Assembly: GCA_963676915.2 (NCBI GenBank)
Contig: CAXXVK010000035.1
Span: 1 to 64,000 of the forward strand
Length of the DNA: 64,000 bases
Source: Myxococcota bacterium
Lineage (GTDB): Bacteria; Myxococcota_A; SURF-8; G963663525
Direction of reading: 5' to 3'
The position numbers and the translations under genes are program-made. The notes under the pieces were generated by a model, which was not told the origin of the DNA, did no database searches, and saw only the letters and a program-made list of their open reading frames with translations. Of this stretch, positions 47,960-58,385 are shown in pieces. The first letter of the stretch is position 1; every line of letters starts with the position of its first letter.

Positions 47960-48925
47960 TCAGATTCCGGCTCCGTCCTCGAAACACTCCTGCACTGTTT
48001 TTCCCTGGGTCACCCTTGTATTGGGAGAAACGCTGGTGGTCAACCAGACGTTGCCGCCGATGATCGAGCCTTTGCCGATCGTCACCCGGCCCAGAATGGT
48101 CGCCCCGGAATAGATGATCACGTCGTCTTCTACCACCGGATGGCGATCGATGCCTTTGATGGGATTTCCCAACTCATCCAGGGGGAAACTTTTCGCCCCC
48201 AAGGTCACCCCCTGGTAAATCCTCACCCGCTGGCCGATACGCGACGTTTCGCCGATGACGATCCCCGTGCCGTGGTCGATGAAAAAGCTCTGGCCGATGG
48301 TCGCGCCGGGGTGGATGTCGATCCCCGTGATGGAATGGGCGTGTTCGGTGATGATACGCGGAATCAGGGGAACGCGCTGCAAATGCAACTCGTGGGCGAT
48401 ACGGTAGCTGGTAATCGCCATCAGTCCCGGATAGCAGAAAATCGCCTCCGCCGGGCTGGTCGCCGCCGGATCGCCTTCGTAGGCGGCTTGTACGTCGGTG
48501 GACAACATGGCGCAAATCTGGGGAAGACGAACCAGAAACCGGTTGGTGATTTCGGCGGCCTGCTCGAAACAGGTCGGGTAGTGGTCGGGATGCTGGCATT
48601 CGAAACAGATCCCTCGCCGGATCTGATCCAACAAGGTGCGCTGCACTTTATCCAACATCGAACCGACGTGAAACCGCAGGTTTCCCTGATCCAACTCCGA
48701 AATGCCGAAAAAGCCGGGAAACAGGATCTGCCGTAGATCCTCAACCATTTCGACCACTGCCAACCGTGACGGCAATGGTTGCCAGTGTGGTCCCTTACGC
48801 ACTCCCATAGGAGATAAGCTGTTGACTGCACAGAGGTTTTCGACGATTTCCTGCAAGGAAACGTCCGAATGGGCGGAATCTTCCGGTTGCATCGGAATCA
48901 GGCAGCGGTCTTTTCCGTCGAACAT
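47960..48925 (-). CDS. cysE: Serine O-acetyltransferase (EpsC/CysE type)
   Basis: 'GDPAA', 'TGIDIHPGATIG..FFIDHGTG', 'YQGVTLGA', 'RHP'. Confidence 0.92.
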   Translation of the reverse strand: MFDGKDRCLIPMQPEDSAHSDVSLQEIVENLCAVNSLSPMGVRKGPHWQPLPSRLAVVEMVEDLRQILFPGFFGISELDQGNLRFHVGSMLDKVQRTLLDQIRRGICFECQHPDHYPTCFEQAAEITNRFLVRLPQICAMLSTDVQAAYEGDPAATSPAEAIFCYPGLMAITSYRIAHELHLQRVPLIPRIITEHAHSITGIDIHPGATIGQSFFIDHGTGIVIGETSRIGQRVRIYQGVTLGAKSFPLDELGNPIKGIDRHPVVEDDVIIYSGATILGRVTIGKGSIIGGNVWLTTSVSPNTRVTQGKTVQECFEDGAGI

Positions 48926-49029
48926 CGTCGTTTCCCTTTCTTCTGACCCGGGAAAGTAAATCTAGCTTCCTTTAAATACCTGCGCCTTGTTCAACACAAG
49001 ATGTCTTGTCATGAGATGGAGTTTTTTGG

Positions 49030-49059
49030 TGCAGGTCGGATGATTTTCACCCGACTTAC
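49030..49059 (-). repeat. Degenerate REP-like hairpin of the same family
   Basis: Minus strand GTAAGTCGGGTGAAAATCATCCGACCTGCA. Confidence 0.4.
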
Positions 49060-49102
49060 TTCCCCCTGCCCTAGTCTCGCCGAAAAATGGAAATCTCTCG
49101 AA

Positions 49103-50452
49103 TCAGTTCAATTCGGCATCGAGTACTTTGATAATGCGGTCGGCGTAAGCATCGATTTCTTCGGCGTTTTTTCCTTCGACCATCACCCGGATCTTGTTTT
49201 CCGTGCCCGAATAACGCACCAGGACGCGGCCTTCGTCGCCCAGTTCGGATTCGACTTGTTTAATGATTTCAGGCGCTTTTTCCAACTCTTCCATCGGGGT
49301 TTTGTACACCACGTTGAGGTTTTTGAGCACCTGGGGATACCGCTCCATGATCTTCGCCAACTCGCTCAAACGCTTGTTTTCGTCGACCATGATCGATAAA
49401 ACCTGAATCGCCGCCAACACGCCGTCTCCGGTGGTGGAAAAATCGCTGAAAATCAGATGCCCGGACTGCTCGCCTCCGAAAGTATGGCCGTGTTTGCGCA
49501 TTTCTTCCATAACGTAGCGGTCACCGACTTTGGTTTTCAGCACTTTGACGCCTTGCGCCTCACAGGCTTTGAACAGTCCCATGTTGCTCATGACCGTGGC
49601 TACGAAGGTATTGCCGGGCAGGCGTCCTTGTTTCATCATTCGGGTGGCACAAATCGCCATGATCTGGTCGCCGTCCACGATCTGGCCGTTTTCATCCACG
49701 AAAATCGCCCGGTCGGCGTCGCCATCGAAGGCAATACCGATATCCGCACCGTTTTCACGCACCGCCACGCCGAGTTCCTCGGGGTGCAGGGAACCGCAGG
49801 CTTTGTTGATGTTGCGCCCGTTGGGTTCGTTGTGAATGGCGACGACATTGGCCTGGAGGCGACGGAATACCCGAGGAGCCACCTCGAACGCTGCTCCGTT
49901 GGCGCAATCGAGAACGACTTTTTTCCCGGAAAAACTGATACCTCGCGGTGCCGTGGCCAGCAAAGAGTGAATGTAACGATCCACCGCACCGTCGAAAATT
50001 CCGGCGTCACCCACGGCGTGGGGAGGAACGGCCAGTTCGTCCATGTCGGCGTGCAGGATCAACTCTTCGATCTGTTCTTCTTCCTCATCCGGCAGCTTGA
50101 AGCCGTCGCGACCGAAGATCTTGATGCCGTTGTCCACATAAGGGTTGTGGGAAGCGGAAATCACGATACCCGCGTCCGCCTCGACCACCTGGGTCAGATA
50201 CGCAATGGCCGGGGTGGTAATCACGTTGGCCAGCAACGCTTCCCCACCGACCGAACAGATCCCCGACACCAGCGCTCCTTGAATCATTCGACCAGAACGG
50301 CGAGTGTCCCTGCCGATCACCAGCCTTGGAACACGCTTTTTTTCGGCGAAATGGGACGCGATGGCCGCGCCAATTTTGAATACGGTCGAACCGTCGAGAG
50401 GATATTTGTTGGCTTGTCCGCGAATGCCGTCCGTTCCGAAAAGTTTACGCAT
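49103..50452 (-). CDS. glmM: Phosphoglucosamine mutase
   Basis: 'LFGTDGIRG', 'ISASHNP', 'DGDADR', 'GGEQSGH', 'RYSGTE'. Confidence 0.96.
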   Translation of the reverse strand: MRKLFGTDGIRGQANKYPLDGSTVFKIGAAIASHFAEKKRVPRLVIGRDTRRSGRMIQGALVSGICSVGGEALLANVITTPAIAYLTQVVEADAGIVISASHNPYVDNGIKIFGRDGFKLPDEEEEQIEELILHADMDELAVPPHAVGDAGIFDGAVDRYIHSLLATAPRGISFSGKKVVLDCANGAAFEVAPRVFRRLQANVVAIHNEPNGRNINKACGSLHPEELGVAVRENGADIGIAFDGDADRAIFVDENGQIVDGDQIMAICATRMMKQGRLPGNTFVATVMSNMGLFKACEAQGVKVLKTKVGDRYVMEEMRKHGHTFGGEQSGHLIFSDFSTTGDGVLAAIQVLSIMVDENKRLSELAKIMERYPQVLKNLNVVYKTPMEELEKAPEIIKQVESELGDEGRVLVRYSGTENKIRVMVEGKNAEEIDAYADRIIKVLDAELN

Positions 50453-50635
50453 AATCCGGTCCCCTTCGTTTGAAATGTTCTATTGCAACCGACCGTAGCG
50501 ACAAATATGCAGCTTCCCGCCCGGTAACCTACGTCAATATTCGTCTACTTTAATTCCAAATCCATACCAGCGCAACCGCAAAGCTGTACGATACCCGCCA
50601 AAGTGCCGAAATAACCATCTGAAGCCCTTGGTTTC

Positions 50636-50668
50636 TTGACAGTTTCCGGCAGGTTGGGTTACTGTCAA
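50636..50668. promoter_or_regulatory. Overlapping divergent promoter region for glmM and frr
   Basis: Inverted repeat TTGACAGT-N17-ACTGTCAA places a perfect TTGACA on each strand. Confidence 0.5.
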
Positions 50669-50730
50669 ATGTCCTATTGTATTATGGTTGAAACGATCCA
50701 ACGTGCCTGGCACATTGAAGGAGAATAATC

Positions 50731-51288
50731 ATGCTCGACGAGTTGTATATGGAGATGGAAGAAAAAACCGAGAAAACCTTCGAGGCTTTCAAGCGGGATC
50801 TTTCCAAGGTTCGTACCGGTCGCGCATCCGCCGCGATCCTCGACGGCGTTCGCGTGAACTATTACAACGTTCCCACTCCGTTGAATCAGACGGCAACCAT
50901 CAGCGTGCCCGAGCCGCGCATGATTCTCGTCAACCCATACGAGAAAAACATGCTCGGTGAAATCTCCAAGGCCATCGCCGCCGCCGATCTGGGACTCAAT
51001 CCCAACAACGACGGTCAGGTCATTCGTATTCCGATCCCCCAATTGACCGAAGATCGACGCAAGGAAATCGCTCGTCAAATCGGGAAAATGGCCGAGGAAG
51101 CACGGGTTTCGGTGCGCAATGCCCGACGCGACTCCAACGATGCGGCCAAAAAAGCGGAGAAAAACAAAGATATCAGCGAAGACGATCTCAAGCGGGCGCT
51201 CGAAGAGATTCAAAAACTTACCGATGCAGCCATCAAAAAGATCGACGAAGCCGCCGAGGTCAAAGAAAAGGAAATCATGGAAGTGTGA
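50731..51288 (+). CDS. frr: Ribosome recycling factor
   Basis: 'RTGRAS', 'DLGLNPNNDG', 'LTEDRRKE', 'VRNARR', 'KEKEIMEV'. Confidence 0.97.
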   Translation: MLDELYMEMEEKTEKTFEAFKRDLSKVRTGRASAAILDGVRVNYYNVPTPLNQTATISVPEPRMILVNPYEKNMLGEISKAIAAADLGLNPNNDGQVIRIPIPQLTEDRRKEIARQIGKMAEEARVSVRNARRDSNDAAKKAEKNKDISEDDLKRALEEIQKLTDAAIKKIDEAAEVKEKEIMEV

Positions 51289-51347
51289 TTCATGGCGGGT
51301 AGACCATCCGTCGCCGCATCTAGGGACTCTTTCGAAAGGCGTTCTTC

Positions 51348-52943
51348 ATGGAGCGTGTCATCGGAATCGATCTGGGTACTTCGAATTCCTGCGTAGCTGT
51401 CGTGGAGGGAGACAAAACCATTGTCATTCCCGACGAACGTGGGCGCAAGACCCAAAGTTCGGTAATTTCGTTTTTCCAGGACAACAAAACGCTCGTCGGC
51501 TCCGATGCCCGCGAGCAAATGGTGTATAACCCGGAACATACGGTTTTTTCCTCCAAACGCCTAATTGGCCGAAGCTTCAGTTCGGACGAAGTACAGACGA
51601 TGATCCGCCTCGTGCCTTACCGCATCGAGGAAGGACCGAATAACTCAGTACTGATTCATGCGGGAGAAAAAATCTGGGCGTTGCCGCAATTGAGCGCCAT
51701 GGTGTTGGAGCGGATGAAACGAATCGCCCAGAATTACTTGGGTGAGGACATCAACAAGGCGGTCATCACCGTTCCGGCCAACTTCAACGAAGGCCAGCGT
51801 ATCGCCACCAAGCAGGCGGGTGAACTGGCGGGTTTGAACGTACTGAAGATCATCAATGAGCCGACCGCCGCCGCGTTGTCCTATGGTTTCGGCCAAGGGT
51901 ACGACCAGCGCATCGCCGTTTACGATTTCGGTGGCGGCACGTTCGATATCACCATCCTGGAAATTCACGATGATATTTTCGAAGTCATCACCACCGCCGG
52001 CGATACTTTTCTCGGCGGCGACGACATCGACAACCGCATCGTGCGGATGATCGTCAATTCCTACCAGCGCAATTTCAACGTGAACATCGACGAAGACCCG
52101 GTAGCTCTGTTGCGGGTTCGTTCCGAGGCGGAAAAGGCCAAAATCGCGCTAAGTGCGAAAGATTCGATTCAAATCAAGATTCCGTCCCTGATGTATTCGG
52201 GATCGGGAAAAATCGACCTCAACGTCACGCTTAACCGCTCGAACTTCCAGGCCATTGCCCGCGACGTGATTCAGCAGAGTTTCGTGATCTGCGATGAAGC
52301 GTTCCGGCTGGCGCATCTGGATGTCAGCGATATCGACAACGTAGTGCTGGTCGGCGGAACCACACACATTCCTCTGCTGCGCAAGATGGTCGAGGAATAT
52401 TTCGGCAAACAACCGTATTGGGGAGTTCCGCCCGACGAATCCGTCGCCATGGGTGCCGCCATCCAGGGTTCGATTCTTGCCAACATCAGTTCTGGGATCG
52501 ACGATCCAAGTTCCGACGCGGTGCTGCTGGACGTTACCAGCCTGTCGCTGGGCGTGGGCACGGTCGCGGGACGGATCGAGAAAATCATCGATCGCAACAC
52601 TCCGATTCCGGTCGAGCGCACCCGGCTGTTCACCACATCGAGAGACGGCCAGACCTCCGTTCGCATTCGCGTGTACCAGGGTGAAAGCGAATACGAGGAA
52701 GAAAACGACCTGATGGGCGTTTTGGAGTTGAGCGGTCTCGATCCGGAATCGTTGCGTGGGGAAGTAGAAATCGCCGTAACCTTCGAAATCGATACCAACG
52801 GTATCGTTCAGGTTTCGGCGGTGGACAACAAAACCGGACGCAAGACCACGGCCCGAATCGACCTGCTCGGCGCGGCTCCGCTGGAAGGACTGTTCGATTT
52901 CGACGACGACATGGGAATCGCTCTGATCGACGACGACGATTGA
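51348..52943 (+). CDS. Hsp70/DnaK-family paralog lacking the C-terminal lid
   Basis: 'GIDLGTSNS', 'TVPANF', 'NEPTAAAL', 'DFGGGTFD', linker 'VLLDV', SBD-beta ending 'FEIDTNGIVQVSA', then a short acidic tail. Confidence 0.92.
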   Translation: MERVIGIDLGTSNSCVAVVEGDKTIVIPDERGRKTQSSVISFFQDNKTLVGSDAREQMVYNPEHTVFSSKRLIGRSFSSDEVQTMIRLVPYRIEEGPNNSVLIHAGEKIWALPQLSAMVLERMKRIAQNYLGEDINKAVITVPANFNEGQRIATKQAGELAGLNVLKIINEPTAAALSYGFGQGYDQRIAVYDFGGGTFDITILEIHDDIFEVITTAGDTFLGGDDIDNRIVRMIVNSYQRNFNVNIDEDPVALLRVRSEAEKAKIALSAKDSIQIKIPSLMYSGSGKIDLNVTLNRSNFQAIARDVIQQSFVICDEAFRLAHLDVSDIDNVVLVGGTTHIPLLRKMVEEYFGKQPYWGVPPDESVAMGAAIQGSILANISSGIDDPSSDAVLLDVTSLSLGVGTVAGRIEKIIDRNTPIPVERTRLFTTSRDGQTSVRIRVYQGESEYEEENDLMGVLELSGLDPESLRGEVEIAVTFEIDTNGIVQVSAVDNKTGRKTTARIDLLGAAPLEGLFDFDDDMGIALIDDDD

Positions 52944-52969
52944 TTCTGCAACCTTTGGCAAAAGGATAA

Positions 52970-54103
52970 GTGACGATGCCCCGTGTGGTGATTCTCTGCA
53001 CCGACCCGGCGCGCAAAACGTTTGTGGAAAGCGCCTTGAAAGGGCTTGATGCGCCCGTGGTGGAGGAATACGGTCAGCTCGAAAAGGAACTGACTCGTAA
53101 AGCCACGCATATGGTGATCGTCGATGCTTCCCAACATGCCGATATCGCACCGTTTGTCGCTCGTACCGTCCGAAAAAGCCCAAAGGGCGAACACCTGAAA
53201 ATCCTGGTGCTGGCCGAAAAGGCGGAAGAAGATTATTCGAGCTATACCCTCGCCGGTGTGGACGAAGTGATTGTCCCGCCATTGAAGAAAAAGACGTTCC
53301 AGGAAACGGTCCTAAGACATTTAAGACAGTTATCGAAGAAAAAAGACAAAACCGACACGGAAACCACCGAAACGAACGCTGCACCAACGCCGCCCCCCCA
53401 ACTCAAAACGGACCTTCCGCCTTTACCCAAACAAGCGCCACCGCCTAAAGTTGAGCCGCCCGCAGCTCCCCAACCCGCCGAAAAAAAGGCGGTACCCTCC
53501 GAAACGGCGCCTCCGGCATCTTTCGTCAACGATCTCGCAGTGCACATCCAAAAAGCTCTCGGATCGCTGAGCGATGCCGACCGGCAACGGATCGGAGACG
53601 AACGGCTGGCCCAAATTCTGTATTTTTGGAAAAAAATAGACGCTTTCGACTATTACCAGTTCCTCGCCGTTTCTCCCGAAGAAGCCTCCAACACCATCCG
53701 GCGGGCGTATTTCAAGTTGTCGAAAACCTATCATACCGACCGCTTCGCCCTGGTCGAAAACAAGCGCTTTTACGAAGTCTCCAATGGCATCTGGAAGCGA
53801 ATGACGGAAGCCTATCAAATCCTGACGAACCAGGAAAAAAGAACAAAATACGATGCCCTTCTCGCCACCGGTCGCAACCCGGACACAATGCGCTTGATCG
53901 AAAAACAGAAGGAAGAGTATGCCAAAGCTCCCGGTTCGACCTTAAAAGATCCCAACGCTCGGAAATTCTTCAAGCTGGGACTCTCCGCCTATGAAGACGG
54001 CAATTATTCGGCGGCCCTGATGAACTTCAAAATCGCGGAAGGCTCGCAAAAGGGCAACGAGGAACTCGCCGAATACATCCGCAAATGCCAGGAGAAAAAA
54101 TAG
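52970..54103 (+). CDS. Pseudo-receiver + Pro-rich linker + J-domain (HTD variant) + TPR-like protein
   Basis: 'DYYQFLAV...IRRAYFKLSKTYHTDRF...EAYQIL....R.KYD'. Confidence 0.85.
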   Translation: MTMPRVVILCTDPARKTFVESALKGLDAPVVEEYGQLEKELTRKATHMVIVDASQHADIAPFVARTVRKSPKGEHLKILVLAEKAEEDYSSYTLAGVDEVIVPPLKKKTFQETVLRHLRQLSKKKDKTDTETTETNAAPTPPPQLKTDLPPLPKQAPPPKVEPPAAPQPAEKKAVPSETAPPASFVNDLAVHIQKALGSLSDADRQRIGDERLAQILYFWKKIDAFDYYQFLAVSPEEASNTIRRAYFKLSKTYHTDRFALVENKRFYEVSNGIWKRMTEAYQILTNQEKRTKYDALLATGRNPDTMRLIEKQKEEYAKAPGSTLKDPNARKFFKLGLSAYEDGNYSAALMNFKIAEGSQKGNEELAEYIRKCQEKK

Positions 54104-54347
54104 ACTCGTTCATCTGGTTTCGTCACGATCTTTCCCGAAAACAGGTGTTTTTTCGTGCCTCCCCATGAATGCTTCGCACATGAAAATGAATAAGTCTGGG
54201 GGAGGGAGGGACATGACCTCAAAATTCTCTAAGATATTCCATTCGAAACGACCCATCTGACGACCGATCCTTGCAACCGGAGAGGAGTTGGGATACCCTT
54301 TGCCTGTTGAATGTAGATAAAACCTTAGAATCTCAGGAGAAAACTCC

Positions 54348-56093
54348 ATGACTCCTACGCTTACCCGGATGATCGTTGTCGGATGGTTCGCTTTGACTCT
54401 TTTCTGTGCTTGCGGCAGCGATGACGGCAGCTCGAACGTTGCCGGAGACACGGATACCGACAACGAACTCTCCGAAAATGCCGAGCAGCAGCTATTTCCG
54501 GACTGCGGAACGGGAAGCTATACCGGGAAATATCTGCTGGCCGGTCCGGGAGAAGAGGGTTACGACGCCGAACTGGCACGCAAAGCCCGTCAATACGACC
54601 GCCAGTTCCATACTTTCGTCGCCTATCCGATGGGCGTCAATTGCGACGTGTCGGTCAGCCTTGAATCCACCGAGAAACGCGAGTGGATCGAGCGCTTTCT
54701 TTCCGAGGACGACGGCTGGGATTTCGAAACGTTTTCGGGTGGTTTGACACCTACGGACGCCGTAGACAGCTACCACAAGGTTGCGGGATTGTACGGAGGC
54801 GCGGGAATCGCCGCCGACGCCATGCGCTATGCCGTGTTGCGGGATCAGGGCGCGGATTGCGACGAAATCGACGTGGCACGAAGCCACCTAATCCGCTCGT
54901 TGGAAGCCCTGCACCTGGCGCACGATATCGCCGACGTTCCCGGCGTGGTGGTGAGGGGCTTTATCCGCACCGACATTCCCGGTTACGGTTCCACGACCGA
55001 AACCACGCCGCTTACCGATGAAGAAGGCGTGCCGCTACCTTATGAAAAAGACAACGGAACCTGGCGCGACGACCCGTCGGGCCGTTATCCCAATTACATT
55101 ATGGAAGACAGTTGCAGCCGGGATATGATCCTGGGTTGGGCGATGGCTTCAGCCGTGGCCAAGGAAGTGATTCAGGATGACCCATCTTTTGAGGATTCCT
55201 TGAAAGAACGGCTGGCCTCGGATGCCCATGCGGTGGTGGAAATGCTCCGAACCGTTCGGGAATCGGGTTACGACCTAGAGTTTCTCGACGTGGATGGGCG
55301 CATCACCTACCATGGATACATCAACGAACACTGCGTCGAACGGGAATTGTACGTGGAAAACGGCCTGAACGGCTTCCATGCGATTATGGCGCTGGGGATC
55401 GTCGGAGCGTATGCCTACGCCTCGGGTGATGCCTCCGACGCGGAGTACATCTACAACGAGTTAATCGGACAGCGGAAACTCCCCGAAGCCGCCCGAGACG
55501 ATATGATGTATATCAACATGGGAACGCAGTCCAATTTCAGCAATTACAACATGGCTTTCGTCTCGGCCTGGCTGGCGCAACGCTACCTCGACAACGAAAC
55601 CGCCCGGCAGATCGTTGCCGAAACCACGAACGTGCAATTGTACGACACACCGGATGAAAGCTACCAGCCCAAGGGCGCTCAGATGGCGTTGTACGACTTC
55701 ATTCTGCTGTCCACGACGCTTGACGATCACGCCTTCGGCGACCCGGACGGAACGATCGACGAGGAAGCGCTACAGGACGGTTTGGCGTCGTTGTATGGCT
55801 TTGCCGAACCGCCGTACTGGGATTACGCCGTGGAACAATGCGACGAACAAGAGTTGCAAAGCGGAGATTGCTCTTTCGAAGATGGCACCCAAACCGTGGT
55901 GTTGTTTGAAGGTGGTCGTAAGGGAAGCACCATTTGCGAAGATCCGATCCCCAAAGCCATTCGACGACCCAGCAACTTCGAATGGCGCTCCAACCCCTAC
56001 AATCCCAACGGCGGGGGTGGCGGCTCCAGCCTGCTGCCGGGCGTCGATTTCCGGGTAGCCTACTGGATGGGACGTTTTACGCGGGTACCGTAA
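54348..56093 (+). CDS. Hypothetical lipoprotein, probably with a large alpha-helical catalytic-type domain
   Basis: Lipobox FCAC, AGGAG RBS, 581 aa; no family recognised. Confidence 0.7.
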   Translation: MTPTLTRMIVVGWFALTLFCACGSDDGSSNVAGDTDTDNELSENAEQQLFPDCGTGSYTGKYLLAGPGEEGYDAELARKARQYDRQFHTFVAYPMGVNCDVSVSLESTEKREWIERFLSEDDGWDFETFSGGLTPTDAVDSYHKVAGLYGGAGIAADAMRYAVLRDQGADCDEIDVARSHLIRSLEALHLAHDIADVPGVVVRGFIRTDIPGYGSTTETTPLTDEEGVPLPYEKDNGTWRDDPSGRYPNYIMEDSCSRDMILGWAMASAVAKEVIQDDPSFEDSLKERLASDAHAVVEMLRTVRESGYDLEFLDVDGRITYHGYINEHCVERELYVENGLNGFHAIMALGIVGAYAYASGDASDAEYIYNELIGQRKLPEAARDDMMYINMGTQSNFSNYNMAFVSAWLAQRYLDNETARQIVAETTNVQLYDTPDESYQPKGAQMALYDFILLSTTLDDHAFGDPDGTIDEEALQDGLASLYGFAEPPYWDYAVEQCDEQELQSGDCSFEDGTQTVVLFEGGRKGSTICEDPIPKAIRRPSNFEWRSNPYNPNGGGGGSSLLPGVDFRVAYWMGRFTRVP

Positions 56094-56393
56094 GGTAACG
56101 CACTGATTTTACCCGAGATTTTTCGTAGACATCTCGATGAACGGGGAGTGCATCCCCGTCCGTATGGTTCTTCCCAAAGAAAAACGTAAAATCAGGACAC
56201 AATCAAACTCCATCTAAAAATCGTCCCAACCCGCCGGACAACGCGTTTTCGTTTTTCTTTCGTCTGTCGTTGGTAGCGTGATAGAAGAAATCGGACACAA
56301 TCCGTTGGAGAAAATCTCCCGATTTGACCCAACGAATGGCTGGTGAAAAACTCCCTTTTTTGCATTACGCTCCCAAAACGTTCGAAAAGGTGA

Positions 56394-58385
56394 ATGATGG
56401 ATACAAAAACTTCAACAGTGCAAAAACATTCGATCCCGAGTCTGACATTCGAGAGGTTTTCCTTCGCACTGCACCTTACGAAAGCGGAAGTGAGCTACGT
56501 TTCTAACCCTGACGGTGAATTGAAGACTTTTTCGGTGGCTCGCCAAACCGATGATGCAGGCTGTCTCGCCGCCCGATCGGACGAGTTGGATGTTTCGGTG
56601 GCGTTTCAAGAAAATGACGGCTGGAGAATCGAGCCGGAACTTGTCACGACGGATCGCGGCGCCGTTCGCCTGGATCGTCTTCGCCTTGTCTGGACATTGC
56701 AAGCGACTCAAGAGACGGGACGAACGTTGTTTTCCTTTTTCAAGAACGGCTGGCAGTCCTGGACGATGAGCCGCTCGTACCGTCCCGAGCAACGCGAGCG
56801 GGTACCGTTCGTACCTTTCGCCAACGCGATGCAGGACAACCCACGCAACCTGTCTTCGGGTAAAACGGGCGAGTTCTGTTCGGACACTTTCGCCCTGATG
56901 GAAGAACTTTCGAAAAACGAAGCGCTTTTCGTGGGACAACGCGGAGAAATGCGCCAGTTTTTCTATATTCGGGCGGCATTCAGTCCCAAACAAGGCGGAA
57001 TTCCCACCCTCGAATTCCAATGGGATCTGGATGGCAAAGAGCTACAGCCCGGCGAACGCCTCGCCCTGGATGCGGCGGAGATTTTCGCGGGGAACCATCC
57101 GAACTGTTTGATGGACCGCTATTTCGAAGCCCAACGTTCGCCACGTCCCATGGCCGAGACGCTACCCACCGGTTGGTGCTCCTGGTATCATTATTACACG
57201 AAAGTCAGCGAGGACGCCGTTCGCAAGAACCTGGAGACCGTAGAGTCCAGACAACCCGGTTGGTCGGTGTTCGTGCTGGATGACGGATACCAGACAGCGG
57301 TGGGCGACTGGCTGAGTTTGAACGAGAAATTCCCCAGCGGTCTGAAAGCCGTAGTCGATGCCATTTGCGAACGGGGAATGACGCCGGGTATCTGGCTGGC
57401 GCCGTTTTCCGCCCTGGATCGTTCGCGGCTTTACCAAGATCATTCGGACTGGACCCTGAAAGACGACCGGGGCCGTCCCGTGCAAGCCGGGTGGAATCCT
57501 TTGTGGCATGTTTTCGGGCATTTTTACGCCATGGACACCACGAATCCCGGCTTTCAAGGCTACCTGCGGCGGGTGATCCGAACCTTTGTTCACGAGTACG
57601 GTTTCCGTTATCTGAAACTCGATTTTTTGTATTCCGCTGCTCTTCACGGTCAAGCCTACGATCCGAGTTTCAGCCCGGCGGAGCGTCTGCAACTCGGGTT
57701 ACAGATCATTCGCGAAGAAGCCGGAGACGACGTGTTTCTGCTGGGTTGCGGTTGTCCGCTGGGTGCGGCGTCGAAAATCGTGGATGCCATGCGTATCGGC
57801 CCGGATGTCGCGCCGTTCTGGTTCGATCCGATCCGCTACCACCTGACCCGCGATCCCCATGCGTTGTGCACGAAATTCGCCATTCGTTCCGTGCTGGCGC
57901 GTGCGGCGATGCACCGCCGGTGGTGGCTCAACGATCCCGATTGCCTGATGCTGCGCGACACCGATACGAAACTGACGCTGGACGAACGCATGGCGCTGGC
58001 CCACGCCATCGTCATCACCGGTGGCATGTATCTGGTGTCCGACGACCTGGGACTGCTTCCCGATGCCACCTGGAACGTACTCGACCGCATTGAAGGCATG
58101 GTGCGCGACTGCGACCGGGGACGTGCCTGGACGCTGGACCTGATGGAGCGGGAATTCCCGGAACTGGTTTACAATTCCAGCGGGTACCTTGCCGTATTCA
58201 ACCTCTCGGACCGTCCTCGTTACAAAACCGACGATCTAAAACCGTATCTCGCCGACGTACTGGAAGAGAACGCCAGCTTTGAAGATGTCTGGACGGGAGA
58301 GGTTTTTTCCTGCAACGGCACCAAACTGGATCTCGGGTTGATTCGCCCACACGCCTCCAGATTGTTGAAATTACGGAAGAAATGA
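56394..58385 (+). CDS. Alpha-galactosidase (GH36)
   Basis: 'GWCSWY', 'VLDDGYQ..VGDW', 'GIWLAPF', nucleophile 'YLKLDF', 'MRIGPD', 'NDPDCL'. Confidence 0.9.
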   Translation: MMDTKTSTVQKHSIPSLTFERFSFALHLTKAEVSYVSNPDGELKTFSVARQTDDAGCLAARSDELDVSVAFQENDGWRIEPELVTTDRGAVRLDRLRLVWTLQATQETGRTLFSFFKNGWQSWTMSRSYRPEQRERVPFVPFANAMQDNPRNLSSGKTGEFCSDTFALMEELSKNEALFVGQRGEMRQFFYIRAAFSPKQGGIPTLEFQWDLDGKELQPGERLALDAAEIFAGNHPNCLMDRYFEAQRSPRPMAETLPTGWCSWYHYYTKVSEDAVRKNLETVESRQPGWSVFVLDDGYQTAVGDWLSLNEKFPSGLKAVVDAICERGMTPGIWLAPFSALDRSRLYQDHSDWTLKDDRGRPVQAGWNPLWHVFGHFYAMDTTNPGFQGYLRRVIRTFVHEYGFRYLKLDFLYSAALHGQAYDPSFSPAERLQLGLQIIREEAGDDVFLLGCGCPLGAASKIVDAMRIGPDVAPFWFDPIRYHLTRDPHALCTKFAIRSVLARAAMHRRWWLNDPDCLMLRDTDTKLTLDERMALAHAIVITGGMYLVSDDLGLLPDATWNVLDRIEGMVRDCDRGRAWTLDLMEREFPELVYNSSGYLAVFNLSDRPRYKTDDLKPYLADVLEENASFEDVWTGEVFSCNGTKLDLGLIRPHASRLLKLRKK

